From NCBI GenBank assembly GCA_042584585.1, contig JBHOSQ010000002.1, forward strand, positions 1 through 64,000: DNA of 64,000 nt, read 5' to 3'. Positions 28,318 to 40,800 of the stretch are shown here, in pieces. A program made the position numbers and the translations under genes. Below the pieces are notes generated by a model. The model ran no database searches. It saw nothing but the letters and a program-made list of their open reading frames with translations, and was not told where the DNA came from. The stretch comes from an archaeon (GTDB taxonomy: Archaea; B1Sed10-29; WALL01). Within the stretch, counting starts at the first letter, position 1. Each line of letters starts with the position of its first letter.

Positions 28318-30282
28318 ATGCCCCTGTCCAAAAAGCTCCTCGAAAGGACCGCGAACAAAATCCGCAAGAAGCGGGCTGAAGACGAGCCCGAGGAAAAAGA
28401 GGAAGAGCTCACGCTCCCCGAAATCAGGGACATTGGGGACGACCTTCAGGTGGCGGACATGGGCGAAACGCTCGGCAGGATGAAGACCGAAGAAACCGCA
28501 GACGACCAGGAAGAGCAAGTCGAAGAGCTAAAGAAAATCAAGGAAGAGTTCGAGACCGGGCAGAAGGCCGAGGACACGGAGGGAGAAAACATTCCGCACG
28601 CGGTCGACTTTTCCGCCATCCGCGCAGGCAAAAAAGTCCAGCCAACCGAAGTCAAGATTTCTGTTCAGGACTACGCCAAGATGAAGCAAAAAATCGAGAG
28701 CATCGAAAAAGAAAGCAAGATGAAGAACATCCCGCTCAAGGCACACAAAATCCCGACGCAGTACCTCAAAAAAATGGGGGTGGCGTGGAAGCCCCCGGAA
28801 TTCACCGAAGTAAACCAAATCTATTCGCTCGTCAAGCCGTTCGCGTTCGCCAACCTGTTCTGGGACAAGAACGAGAGCAGGCTTTCGTACTACATACTCG
28901 AGCCGCACCTCACCAAAGAGCAGCAGCGCACCCTCCAAATGATAAAAGAGATTGTCGTGGACCTGCTCGACGTCAACCTCTTCGAAATAAAGAGCACGAC
29001 CTCTGTCAGGGACATACTCAAGGAAAAGGTCGACAAGGTAATCCGCGACTACGGAATGGCCGTCACCGAGCACGAGTACCAAAAAATCCTGTACTACATG
29101 TACCGCGACTTCCTGGGGTTGGGAATAATTGAGGGGCTCATGCACGACCCCAACATTGAGGACATCTCGTGCGACGGCGTCAAGATACCTCTGTACATTT
29201 ACCACCGCAAGTACGCAAGCATCCCCAGCAACCTCATGTTCCACAACGAAGAAACGCTGAACAAGTTCATCATCCGCATGGCACAGCGCTGCGGCAAGCA
29301 CATCTCGGTCGCAGAGCCGCTCCTGGACGGTGCGCTGCCCGACGGAAGCCGCCTTCAGGCCACTTTCTCGTCACACAAAGACATTGCTATGCAGGGCTCG
29401 ACATTCACAATCCGGAAGTTCACCAAGGACCCGCTGACGATTACGGACCTGCTGAACTTCGGGACGCTCCCCGAAATGATTGGGGCGTACCTATGGGTCG
29501 CGATGGAATACAGGAAGTCAATACTGTACGCCGGCGGGACCGCGACCGGCAAGACGTCTTTCCTGAACGCCATGAGCATGTTCCTCCCGGCCGAAATGAA
29601 GATTATCTCGATAGAGGACACGCCCGAAGTAAGGCTGCCGCACGAGCACTGGCTGCAAAAAGTCGTGCGCACGGGGTTCGGCCGCGCGGACTTAACTGGC
29701 CGCAAGTCCGGCGAGATAAGCATGTACGACCTGCTTCGTGCCGCGCTTCGTGAGAGGCCCGACGAAATTATTGTGGGAGAAGTTCGTGGCAAGGAAGCGT
29801 ACGTACTGTTCCAAGGTATGGCGACGGGACACGCAGGCATGGCGACAATCCACGGCGACTCCGTAGACGCGGTGATGCACCGTCTTCAGACGCCACCGAT
29901 TAACCTATCGGCCGGGCTTCTGCAGCACTTGAACATCATCATCATCCTGACGAAGGCGCGCATCAAGGGAATCGAGGTCCGCCGCATCAAGGAAGTCGTC
30001 GAAGTCCTGGGGCTGACAAAGGAACAGGAGCCAATCATCAACACACTGTTCAGGTGGAACCCCGCGACCGACACGTTCGAGTTCTCGAGCGACAAGAGCT
30101 ATGTGTTCCAGCGCATCATCGAGGACAAGGGAATCGAAGAAAAAGACATTTGGGAAGAAGTCCAGCGCCGCCGCCAAATCCTGAAGTGGATGAAAGAAAA
30201 CAACATCAGGTACTACATTGACGTCGGCAAAATCATCCAAAAATATTATTCCGCCCCGGAAGAGGTGCTCAAGAACATATGA
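28318..30282 (+). CDS. Type II/IV secretion (pilus assembly) ATPase, ArlI/TadA-like, with acidic N-terminal extension
   Basis: DPNIEDISCDG, TIRKF, Walker A GGTATGKTS, IEDTPE, RPDEIIVGEVRG, TGHAGMATIH. Confidence 0.93.
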   Translation: MPLSKKLLERTANKIRKKRAEDEPEEKEEELTLPEIRDIGDDLQVADMGETLGRMKTEETADDQEEQVEELKKIKEEFETGQKAEDTEGENIPHAVDFSAIRAGKKVQPTEVKISVQDYAKMKQKIESIEKESKMKNIPLKAHKIPTQYLKKMGVAWKPPEFTEVNQIYSLVKPFAFANLFWDKNESRLSYYILEPHLTKEQQRTLQMIKEIVVDLLDVNLFEIKSTTSVRDILKEKVDKVIRDYGMAVTEHEYQKILYYMYRDFLGLGIIEGLMHDPNIEDISCDGVKIPLYIYHRKYASIPSNLMFHNEETLNKFIIRMAQRCGKHISVAEPLLDGALPDGSRLQATFSSHKDIAMQGSTFTIRKFTKDPLTITDLLNFGTLPEMIGAYLWVAMEYRKSILYAGGTATGKTSFLNAMSMFLPAEMKIISIEDTPEVRLPHEHWLQKVVRTGFGRADLTGRKSGEISMYDLLRAALRERPDEIIVGEVRGKEAYVLFQGMATGHAGMATIHGDSVDAVMHRLQTPPINLSAGLLQHLNIIIILTKARIKGIEVRRIKEVVEVLGLTKEQEPIINTLFRWNPATDTFEFSSDKSYVFQRIIEDKGIEEKDIWEEVQRRRQILKWMKENNIRYYIDVGKIIQKYYSAPEEVLKNI

Positions 30283-31160
30283 TAGCAACGAAAAAGTACT
30301 CGCTCCTCGCGTACTCGCTGCTCAAGGGCCAGGTCAGGTACCTGCTGCCGTACTTCGAAAGCCTTAAGGTCACCATTCAAAAGGCAGACCTAGGGGTCGC
30401 GCTCGACGAATACATCGCGTCGTACATCCTGTCCAACCTCATCGCGCTGCCCGCGGCATTCGTGATTATCTGGGTGTGGATTGCCACGTTCCTCAATGGG
30501 GGAATACTCGAAATACTCATATCGGAGCTCGTCGGGCTCTCGCTTGTGTCCGGCATGGTCGTCCTGATTTACATGATTTACCCACAGTACCGCGTCAACA
30601 CACTCAAGAACGCACTCGACAAGCACGTCGCATTCGCCGCCACACACATGGCCACGATTGCTGGAACCGGCGTGCCGCCCCACGTGATATTCCAAATGAT
30701 GGGGCAGTTCGACGACTACGGAGAAATCGCGAAAGAATGCAGGAGCATCTCGCAAAACATCGTGGTGTTCGGGTACGACACACTGTCCGCAATCTCGGAC
30801 GTCGCGCAGCGCACACCGTCACACAAGTTCAAAGACCTGCTGTGGTCGATTGTCGCGACCATCCGCACGGGCGGGGACCTGCGCCAAATGCTTGTCTCCA
30901 AGTCAAAAGCACTCATGGAAGAGCAAAGGCGGATTGAAGGCAAATACATCGAGACCCTATCCATGTTCGCCGAAATCTACTCCACGGTCTTCGTCGCAGG
31001 AATAGTCATGGTGTTCGTGCTGCTGTCAATCATGGGAATACTCGGCGGGCTGCCCGTCCCAGTAAAGCTCGTGCTCCAACTGACCACCTACCTCGGGCTG
31101 CCGCTAGCCGCAATCGGGTTTATCGTACTAATCGAAACCAGCAAACCATCAGGAATATGA
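30279..31160 (+). CDS. Type II secretion F-domain platform protein (ArlJ/TadC-like)
   Basis: TM helices, YGEIAKE, RTPSHKFKDLL, RTGGDL; follows ATPase. Confidence 0.88.
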   Translation: MIATKKYSLLAYSLLKGQVRYLLPYFESLKVTIQKADLGVALDEYIASYILSNLIALPAAFVIIWVWIATFLNGGILEILISELVGLSLVSGMVVLIYMIYPQYRVNTLKNALDKHVAFAATHMATIAGTGVPPHVIFQMMGQFDDYGEIAKECRSISQNIVVFGYDTLSAISDVAQRTPSHKFKDLLWSIVATIRTGGDLRQMLVSKSKALMEEQRRIEGKYIETLSMFAEIYSTVFVAGIVMVFVLLSIMGILGGLPVPVKLVLQLTTYLGLPLAAIGFIVLIETSKPSGI

Positions 31161-31164
31161 TTCA

Positions 31165-32376
31165 ATGGCAAGAGAAGTGAACAGGGCAATCACCGAAGTC
31201 CGCGACCAATTGAGGAAAATCAAAAAGCGCTGGAAAGTGCTTTGGTTACTCTCCCTAATCGCATTCGCCATGGTACTCTTCAGCCTAATCTTCCAGCCCG
31301 AAAACTTCAACCTATGGACCCTCGGCGGATTCTTCATCATGAGCGTTCCGTTCTCGTTCTACATCTACGTCGAGCACAGCCGCCTCGCCAGCATAGAGGA
31401 GCACTTCCCCGACTTCCTTAGGGACATCGCCGAATTCAAGCGAAGCGGCGTCACACTCGCAAAAGCAATACAGAACGCGTCATCCAACGACTACGGCAAC
31501 CTCTCCCCCGAAGTCAAAAAAATTGCGCTGGAACTGTCGTGGGGAGTAAGCTTCGAAGAAGCCATGCAGCTCCTGCTGGGCCGCGTGGAAAGCCCCATGA
31601 TAGACCGCGCCATCTCAATCATCACCGCCGCGCAATCGGCAGGCGGCGAAGTAACCACCATCCTCGAAACCGTTTCCGCGGACCTAAGAAAGCTCAAAGA
31701 GCTCGAGGCCGAAAGAAAATCCAAACTGTCAGTCTACACCATGACAATCTACGCGATTTACCTGCTGCTGCTGTTCATCATTATTGTCTTGACAGAGTCA
31801 TTGGTCCCCGCAATCCCCAAAATGCAGGCAGCCGGCGAATTCCTCGGAGGCTCGGTCGGGTCAATCTCGGAATTCGAGTTCAGGGAACTCTTGTTCCAGG
31901 TCACCGTGCTCGAGGCACTGTTCGCGGGCCTGATTTCGGGACAAATGGGCGAAGGCAAAGTCACGGCCGGCATCAAGCACTCAATCATCCTCGTGATAAT
32001 CACGCTCCTGGCGTTCCAGCTCGTGCCCCCCGCGACCATCGCGGAAAAAATCGGGGAAACCATCCTCGACATCCCACCCGCCTCAGGCGTTACCACGCGG
32101 TCCATTGAAGGCGTCGGAGAGCTCACGGAAAGCTTTGACTCAAACGACGTGGCGACCGAAGTAAAAGCGCTCGCCAAAGAACGCAACCGAAACCAATACA
32201 AAGCATTTAGCGGCAGCCAAATCGAATTTATATCATTCGGCTGCACGCCATGCACCAGCGGGGAACTCACAATCGAAAGCGGCGAAGTTACAGTCCTACA
32301 GCCAACCATGATACGATACAGCGTGAAGTACGCAGGCGACAGGTACCAGGTGGCATTCAGTGACGCAAACATCTAA
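31165..32376 (+). CDS. Type II secretion F-domain platform protein with C-terminal soluble extension
   Basis: IEEHFPDFLRDIAE, DYGNLSPEV, LSWGVSFEEA, GLISGQMGEG-GIKH; extra ~115 aa after last TM. Confidence 0.88.
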   Translation: MAREVNRAITEVRDQLRKIKKRWKVLWLLSLIAFAMVLFSLIFQPENFNLWTLGGFFIMSVPFSFYIYVEHSRLASIEEHFPDFLRDIAEFKRSGVTLAKAIQNASSNDYGNLSPEVKKIALELSWGVSFEEAMQLLLGRVESPMIDRAISIITAAQSAGGEVTTILETVSADLRKLKELEAERKSKLSVYTMTIYAIYLLLLFIIIVLTESLVPAIPKMQAAGEFLGGSVGSISEFEFRELLFQVTVLEALFAGLISGQMGEGKVTAGIKHSIILVIITLLAFQLVPPATIAEKIGETILDIPPASGVTTRSIEGVGELTESFDSNDVATEVKALAKERNRNQYKAFSGSQIEFISFGCTPCTSGELTIESGEVTVLQPTMIRYSVKYAGDRYQVAFSDANI

Positions 32377-32839
32377 AGGGTCAATCGGAATAGAATTCGT
32401 CGTAGCCACCGCCCTCTTCCTGGTCGCGTTCTGGTTCATCTACTTCCAAAGCGCACTCATGCTCACGCCCCAAATGCAGAGGAGCGACGTCCGCGAAATC
32501 GCGGTAGAATTCTACTCCAGCACACTGATTGCCAGCCCCGGCGAGCCGGAAAACTGGGCCGCCAGCCCCACGCAACTAGGGTTCGCGGACATGGTGAGCG
32601 GCTCGTCAACCCCAGGAGTGCTTAACAAGACCAAGCTTGATTGGGCGGACGGCCAAGACTGCGATAGTTACAACACTACCATGGCCGGAATGGAATTCGC
32701 GTGGAAGGTCACCACGTCAGTGGCCACGTGGGAATGCAACACCGACATACCCAAAGTCGGAGTAATCAAGCGGCCGGTAATCGTGTACTGGAGCGGATGG
32801 GCTTACCGCGCCGGCACAATGGAGGTGTGGGCGGCATGA
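32360..32839 (+). CDS. Minor pilin-like protein
   Basis: SKG/SIGIEFVVATALFLV class III signal; GEPENW-LGF motif. Confidence 0.75.
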   Translation: MTQTSKGSIGIEFVVATALFLVAFWFIYFQSALMLTPQMQRSDVREIAVEFYSSTLIASPGEPENWAASPTQLGFADMVSGSSTPGVLNKTKLDWADGQDCDSYNTTMAGMEFAWKVTTSVATWECNTDIPKVGVIKRPVIVYWSGWAYRAGTMEVWAA

Positions 32840-33240
32840 AGAAAGGGTTCATGCGCATCCTCGAGGTCCTGATAGTGATAATGCTGCTGTTTACATTGAT
32901 GACAGCGGTGGTGAAGCAAAACCCCCCCACGTCAATGGCGACGAACCTTCGGGTGCTGCAAAGGCACGCGACAGACTCGTCCAACATGATGTGCAACTGC
33001 GACAGGGCAGTAGCGATTTTCATGAGCGCGGCGTCCATGAACTGGGTTACCAGCACAATGACCTACGCCCTTCCCGAAGACATTCAATATAGCTTAATAG
33101 TAGTAAATATAACCTCCGGCGATATAATTAAGTCGTCCGGCGGAAACCTGCCTGAGACGGGCGATATCGCGACGGCAAGCTGCTCAGTCACGCGCTGGGG
33201 CCTGCCGCCAAGACAAGTAGTGGTGAGAACATGGAGATAG
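32836..33240 (+). CDS. Minor pilin-like protein
   Basis: MKKG/FMRILEVLIVIMLLF; ATGA overlap; GGAGGTG SD. Confidence 0.75.
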   Translation: MKKGFMRILEVLIVIMLLFTLMTAVVKQNPPTSMATNLRVLQRHATDSSNMMCNCDRAVAIFMSAASMNWVTSTMTYALPEDIQYSLIVVNITSGDIIKSSGGNLPETGDIATASCSVTRWGLPPRQVVVRTWR

Positions 33241-34448
33241 GAACAAAAGGACAATTCTATATTTTGATTCTGGTGTTTATGATCTCGGTAGTCGTGGGGG
33301 TTGCTTACTTCACGACCGAGTCAAAACAACTGGAACAAGAAACGGACATCGAGCAGGAGCCAATGCTGCAGACGATTATGGACGGCTACGAGTCAGAGCT
33401 GAAGGCATCCATCGAAGGCGGGCTCTACAGCGGAAACCCCGCGTTCTACCAAGAGGTAGAGGCCAAGCTCACCACCCAAGCCGCCCAAAAAGGCTACGGG
33501 TTTACTTCTGACTGCACTCGGACCCCAATCAATAGCTACAGCGAGCAAATCGACTGTGACATCGAGCTCTCGGTGGGCGAGAACGTTTTGACGACGAGCT
33601 TTTCCCACACCTATGCCGTGGAATTCGGGATAGAGCTGTACGCGGACGAGGACTACACCCACAAAACCACTTACTACGCGCCCGGCGACACGATTTATTA
33701 CCGCGTGACGTCGCCCGCGCCCAGCGACACCAACGTGACCATCAACTACCCGGACGACCAGGAAAAAGAGAAGCAGGAAAAAAGCGGCACAGGCTTCGCG
33801 AACTTCGCTACGTTCGGAACCATTGACGTGGACGAGACCACGGGCGAGTGGGAAATATCGCTGGACAGCTCGGCCGACTCCATGAGCACAGCGTTTTACG
33901 TCCAGGAGTCCGTCGTCGACATCACCACGTACGACTCAAGCTGGATTCCCCAGGACACGTTCAACCGCGGCGAAGAAGTCAAGTACCGCATCGTCGTGTC
34001 GCCTTCCGCGAACGTTTACATGGACGTCACCGCCGGCGGGCAGGACAGGGACTACGACTGGTGGAGCGATGCCCCATCAACGCTGCACGAGTCCAGCTTT
34101 GTGGTGAGCTCGGTGGAGAGCTCGGGCACCGTTTTGACTTTGACGGCGATTGAGGACGGCTACTTCGGCGAGGCGTCGGTGAACATCACTGTTTTGTACG
34201 TGCCGTACGGCGCGTTCATTCCAGTGGACCTGGAGTACGAGCACGTTCCGTTTGACGCGTTCAAGACCTCGTGTGGGTACGAGGAGTGGTACGCCGGAAC
34301 CACGACTAACAACAGCGGCGTGCCGTTCGACTGCGTGCCGACGGGCGACGCGGTGGTGCGCGTTGCGAACGAAGTCGAAGTGATTAGTGTTCCACACGTT
34401 TACGCAGACAAACTCCATATTCTTAGCTCGAGGTGTGACGATTGCTGA
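33231..34448 (+). CDS. Large pilin-like protein with C-terminal Ig-like domains
   Basis: TKGQ/FYILILVFMISVVV; two related Ig-like segments (YAPGDTIYYRV, FNRGEEVKYRI). Confidence 0.75.
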   Translation: MEIGTKGQFYILILVFMISVVVGVAYFTTESKQLEQETDIEQEPMLQTIMDGYESELKASIEGGLYSGNPAFYQEVEAKLTTQAAQKGYGFTSDCTRTPINSYSEQIDCDIELSVGENVLTTSFSHTYAVEFGIELYADEDYTHKTTYYAPGDTIYYRVTSPAPSDTNVTINYPDDQEKEKQEKSGTGFANFATFGTIDVDETTGEWEISLDSSADSMSTAFYVQESVVDITTYDSSWIPQDTFNRGEEVKYRIVVSPSANVYMDVTAGGQDRDYDWWSDAPSTLHESSFVVSSVESSGTVLTLTAIEDGYFGEASVNITVLYVPYGAFIPVDLEYEHVPFDAFKTSCGYEEWYAGTTTNNSGVPFDCVPTGDAVVRVANEVEVISVPHVYADKLHILSSRCDDC

Positions 34449-34825
34449 AAGTAATTAGTGTATTGTTATTGGCAGCCCTTTTGGTTGGCTGTACAAACAC
34501 GGAGGAAGCCCCGGAGCCGACGGCAACGCTGGAGCCATTCGTGTCCCCCACGCCAGGGACATCAACAGCCACGGCAACACCAACAGCCACACCCGAGCCA
34601 ACGCCAATTCCCATTCCAACTAAAACATTCACCACGCAGTACGAAGTCTGTGAAGACCTTACTGAAACATGGTACTGCCTCACCGACAACGGCCTTGTGA
34701 CGTGCACGCTCACGGGCATCAACGCGCCGAGCTACACGCCCAGCGAAATCACAGTTACGTGCTTCAACTTCGACTCACTCGAAGAAACAGAAGAATTCGT
34801 TATACGTGTAGGTGATTCCCAATGA
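34442..34825 (+). CDS. Lipoprotein with Pro/Thr stalk
   Basis: Lipobox LLVGC; PT-rich linker; 4-Cys C-terminal domain. Confidence 0.75.
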   Translation: MLKVISVLLLAALLVGCTNTEEAPEPTATLEPFVSPTPGTSTATATPTATPEPTPIPIPTKTFTTQYEVCEDLTETWYCLTDNGLVTCTLTGINAPSYTPSEITVTCFNFDSLEETEEFVIRVGDSQ

Positions 34826-37800
34826 AATGGCTCTTTGTTTTTGTTATAGCACTGCTATTGGTGACTGTGACAGTCGAGGCACTGGGCACGGAAATAACGC
34901 TCAAAACCAGCTACGCCAGCGCCGACTCGCCCGGGGGCGGCCCAGGCGCGAAAAACGTGTGGCGGGACCGCGATGGATTCTACCACATTATTTTCCATGA
35001 TGGCACGAACGACAAGCTCTACTATACTTACAGCACTTCAACCGAGCCGACGAGCGCGGCCCACTTCATTACGCCGGTAATCATCTTTAATAGCGCGGAG
35101 AGGGGCTCGATGTGGCTCGACGTCTCGAGTGGCATCATCCACCTCGCTTATGCCGAAGTAGACGCGAGCCCGAGGCTAGTCTACGCAAAATGCGACACTG
35201 ACGTCGGGTGCACTAGTGGCTGGACCTCGGTCGGCACAATTTACAACGGCCAGACCTATGGCTTGGCGAGCATCGTGTACCAGCAGTACACCGACATGGT
35301 AACGCACTACATAACGCACTTCGTCTACGTAAAAGACACACTGCGGTACCGGGTTTACTACCGGGATTACGACACCGCTAGAATCTCGCCGTACTGGGGC
35401 ACCGAGCAGATAGTCGACAACCTCCCGAGCGGCACCACGCAGCGCTACGTCCACCCCAGCATCGACAGGGACACCAGCGGAAGGATACACTTAGTCACCC
35501 GGACGTGGGTTGACGGCGGTGCACTCAGCACCAGAAAATGCTTGTACACCGCATCGACGGACGCCGGCCAGACCTGGAAAAACCTTGCCGGGTCAGTCGG
35601 GTACAACGACCTGCTCAGCAGCAACTACGTAGAAGCCTGCTCCATAAATGTCCCATCCCCCGCCAAAAGCTCGAGCTACCAAGTGCCACACGTCGCGATT
35701 GAAGGGGCCAGCAGCCACACCCAGTGGCACACGAAAGGAAGCGCGCTGACCGGAGGCACGTGGAGCACCCCATGGAGCTACTACACCAGCTATGCGAACT
35801 GGGGGAACCTAGGGAGCGACATCAACGGCAACACGTTTTATAGTTATTCTAGACGGAACGGCGTCGTCGGCTATGTCTACGCCAGGCAGCGAAACAACGC
35901 GGGGGCCTGGCAGACCCAAGACACACTACACGCCAGCGGCAACAGCGCGCACCAAGTGATGGAGGCGCACGCGCCGCTCTGCAGCCGGGGCGACATCGGC
36001 GTGCTCTACGGAGCCACGGGAACCAGCACCCTTTACTTCCGCACGATAGACGGCGCGTACAGCGAATGCAACACCCCGCCCACGCTCAGCAGTGTCACGG
36101 TCTCAACAGACCCAATCCAGGGTGGGGGCGAACAAACAGTGACTCCAAGCGGCCAAGGCGACGCGGACTCTGACCCGCTGAAGTTTGTATGCTGCATCGG
36201 AGAAGGAGCGTCATGCACGCCCACGACCGGGAACACCGTCTGTAATGAAGGGCAGACCACGTACTCATCCCCGTACTCGTCCATGACGTGCACGTACGAC
36301 GCTACTGCCGGGGCAACCCAAAGTGAAGCCGCGTACTGCCGCACGTACGACGGCACTGAATACCACATGGAAGTTGGTGGCGCAAACGACGCTTATGACG
36401 TTGACTCAGACGCGCCAGTGACGACTGACAACGGGGTCGCCGACAACTGTTACGGTGGGGACTGGAGCTTAACTCTCTCACCGACCGACGCTGGTGCCGC
36501 AAGCGTTGACTGGACCAAGTACTGCGTCGACGATGTGTCCAACGACTGCACGCCAAGCACGACTGGGACTTCGGTGCCAACTGACTGTGGCGCCGGCAAC
36601 GCGTGTGACGTCTACGTGCGCTACCAATCACAGGACACGGTCGGCAACCTTGAGAGCGTGAAGTCCAGTGGAAACATTAGCATCGACCGCGCGCCCCCGA
36701 ACCCGTCAAGCATCACTGGCATAGTGCCAAGCGCGGGCCAGCTCGCCGTTACCGCGTCGCAGGTTACGGACGTTGGGTGCTGGGGCGACAACTGGTACTA
36801 CTTTACTTGTGCATCCGGCGCGTGCAACGACCGGACATGGACACTGAACGACTGGACCCACACCGACGTGGGGCTCGCCCCAGCAACGGAATTCTGTTAC
36901 ACCATTACAGTGAGAGACGGCGCGACCAACACAGGCAGCGCGTCTTCACAAGTGTGTGGCATCACGCCCGGGAACCAGCCAACGAGCATGTCGGCGACTG
37001 CGTCCATAGCCGCGCCGCTTAACTCGGAAAGAGGCAACGTTGACTTGTCGTGGAGCGCGAACAGCAACCCCGGCGGAACTATATACTCAATAGAGCGCGA
37101 CCAGGCCTGGATTGCAAACACGACGAGCACGACGTATACTGACACGGCCGGCAGCGACAACACGGAGTACTGCTACCGCGTGCGCGCGGCGCACCCGAGT
37201 GGCTCATACGGAAGCTACAGCACGGAAGAGTGCGCGATGACCGCTGACCGCACTTCCCCCGCGACGCCCAGTCTGACTGCGGCCGCGGACAACGTGCTGA
37301 ACCAAGTAAACTTGAGTTGGGACCAGGGCGACGACAACTTGGTCGGCTACTGGCCGTTCGAGGAAGGCAGTGGCTCATCAACTGATGACTGGAGCCCGGC
37401 CGGCGGCGACGGCACGCTGCAGGGCCCGGACTGGATTAGTGGGCAATACGGGCGGGCGCTGGACTTCGTGCTCGCAAACACGGATTACGTTGACGTGCCT
37501 TCGGGGGCGTTGCTGGACCTAAGCGCCGGGACCAACAGCTTCACAATAGTCGGGTGGATAAATCCGGACCTGTCGCAAGACGTTGGGCCGATTATTTCCA
37601 CGAGGGACGTGATAAACGGCGTGGTGACCAAGGGCTACGGATTCGAGACCAACATAAACACCGCGAACGGCATGAAGGTGAACAGCCTACGGCTGGTGCT
37701 CGGCACTCCAGCGTGGAAGTGGAACGTGTGGGGCTCGGAAACAAACAGCCTCGTGCCGGGGTCGTGGCAGCACGTCGCGGTTGTGGTGACCGGCACTAAT

Positions 37801-40800
37801 ACGGCGTCGAAGACAGTGCAGTTCTACATCGACGGCGTCGAGTCCAATACATATTACTGGACAGCAAGCACAGAAACAGATGTATTGCTTTGGGGTGACA
37901 ATCCGTTGTCGAACCGCATCGGCGGGTACTATCCCGCGACTTACCCACCGTATGGCGTCGGCTACTTCGACGGAAGCATTGACGAGTTAAGGGTTTATGC
38001 CGGCAAAGCGTTCACGCAAGAAGAAATATTCAACGACATGGAGTCAGGGCTAATCACGCACGGCGTGCACAGGGGCGCGACTTCCTGGGAGTACGGGCCG
38101 GCCGACGGGCTAGCCGACAACTTCAGCGACGGAGACTACACAAATGACCCCACGTGGACCGTGCCCGTTGGCACCTGGGCCGTGAGCTCGGAAAAACTGA
38201 CACAATCATTCACGGGCGGCGGCTGGACAAAGATAACCGCCGGGAGCTCCAGTTGGGACGACTACGTGTTTTCTGTCAAAGTAAAGCCAACCACCATCAC
38301 TGAGACGTATCCAAACGTTGGTCTCATGTTGAGGGCGCAGAACTCTAACACGTACTACGGTATCTTCCACCACCAAGACGACAACACGTGGAGAGTTTAT
38401 GACTACCAAGATGCCGCGTACATATTCACGTCAAGCGCAATGAGCCTAGCCATGAACGAATGGCACGAGCTGAAGGCAAAAGTAGTGGGAGACAACCTCA
38501 AGTTCTATGTCGACGGAGTGCTGGTCGCGGACCTAACGGACAGCACAATGTCCACAGGGTACATCGGCCTGCTGACGCTGTACACCGCCGCAGAATTTGA
38601 CGACATCAAAGTAACACCGCTCATCGCTGACGACGAGTACGGGGACAGCGGCGCGGCAGATACCACTGCACCGAACAACGGCGCGACGCCCACGATTGAC
38701 CAAATCGCGATTAACAGCATGCGCGTGAACTGGGGCACGTCCGCGGACAACGGCAACACCTGGTACCACTACATCACGGCCTTCGACGACGAAGGCAACG
38801 AAGACAACATTTTCCACGACGGGGGATGCGAGAAGGGCACGAACCCATGCTACTTCAAGGCTGGGAGCCTCGTCAGCAGCGGGTACACAGTGGACAGCTC
38901 TGTCGCGTACACTGGTGGATACTCTGTCCGGCAGGACACCTCCTCAAGCACCAAGTACTTCGGCTCGGACTTCATCATAGGCACTGACATTGAGCCGAAC
39001 ACAGACTACATCGCAGAGTGCATGGTGAAGACTGCTTTGTCCGCGGGATACGCGAGGATATACCCAGAGCACCAGTTTACGACCCTGCACTTCAACAGTG
39101 TGAGCGGCACAACAGACTGGACGAGGATACACACGTCATTCACCTCCGGTGCCTCGGGCGACGTGCGCCTCCTCCGGTACACAATGGGGACCGCCACCGG
39201 CCAAACGTGGTGGGACGACTGCACGCTCCACAAGCTCACTGAGACCACAGTTACTACCGGCGTTGGCTCGGACGACTATTATGTCTACAACACAGTCGGC
39301 AGCGGCGATGGTGGGACGAACAGTAGTTGGCAGGCGACCCCCTACACCGACACCAGTCTGTCGGCTAACACTCAATACTGTTACAAGGTCCGCGCAAGAG
39401 ACAATGCGGGAACGCCGAATGTCGGCGACTTCGGCTCGCAGACGTGCAAATGGACCCTCCCGGAAGACCCTGACGCCATCTGCACGTCCGGCCACGTGGC
39501 TGGCACATGGAGCAGCAACAACGACCCCTCCTTCACCATCGACGGCGATGCAAACGCGTACCACTACGATTGGAACGGCGCGTCAAGCGACACGATTACC
39601 ACCGGTGACTCGACAATCACAAGCCCACACACGTTCACGGACACCGCGGACGGCACTTGGTACCTGCACCTCATAAGCGCGAACCCAGACGGCGCAGTCA
39701 ACCCCGGGGGCACGCAAACATTCTCGGTCGGCGGGTGGAAGATAGACGCCACTGCGCCGACATCAGTCAGCACAAGCGGGGGCACGGCGGGCTGGCAGAA
39801 CACCGCCGCAAGCGCGGGCGTCTCGTGCAGCGACGCGACCAGCGGGTGCGACACAAGCACTTATAGAGTATACAACCGCGGGAGCGCGGGGGCGTGTGAC
39901 ACCAACTACGCAACTTACACGCAAACAGTGCCGTACTCCGTCACGAGCCAGCAGTGGATATGCGCCGCGGCAAAAGACAACGCGGGCAACGTAAAGTACC
40001 AAGGCACCGCAACCGAGTTCCAGGTCGACATGCTTGACCCCACCACGAGCGACAACGCGGACACGGTGACGTGCCACAACATCGACCAAACAGTGACGCT
40101 GACTCCAGGAGACACCGGCGGGTCAGGGCTCGCGGACACTGATTACTGCGTTGACACCGGGAACTCTTGCACCCCGACCACAAGTGGCACAAGCGCGAGC
40201 GTCACGTGCGCCGACGGCGGCTATTGCCAGCAGTACGTGAGGTACTTCTCTACTGACACAGCGGGCAACACCGAGACAGTGAACTCCGTGGGCACCATAA
40301 AAATCGACAAGGCTCCGCCGAGCACGCCGAGCATCACCGTGATAACGCCCGGCAGCCAGCAAATTGCGCTCACGTCAAGCGTTGTGAGTGACGTTGGCTG
40401 TGAAGGCGGAGTACAGTACTACTTTGACTGCGTGTCCGGTGCTTGTAACGACCGGACCTGGGCGTCCGGGAACACTTACACCGACACTGGCTTGGCCGAT
40501 AATACTTACTACTGCTACAAAGTCAAGGCAAAAGACGCGAACAACAAAGAGACTGTGCTGTCCGCCCAACAATGCGCGTGGACCACCACTCCCGCGCCGA
40601 CGCTGGACTCCGTGACTGCGGAGGAGGACGGCCTGCTAGTCGCACAGAAGGACAGCCTTCTTATTGACTGGACAGGCAACGGCGCCACTTCGTACGACCT
40701 CGAGAGGACGACAGACACCACGACCGTTTACTCAGGCGGCAACACGGACTACACAGACCTAAACCTCGACGACAACAGCGAGTACTGCTACCACGTGCGG

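Noticed and set aside
28318-30282. Intein in the long ATPase
   Set aside because: Extra length is N-terminal; the motor domain is continuous with no splice-junction motifs
27274-34448. Archaellum (motility) operon
   Set aside because: No archaellin-type sequences, ArlH or chemotaxis genes; split platform genes and adhesins point to a pilus
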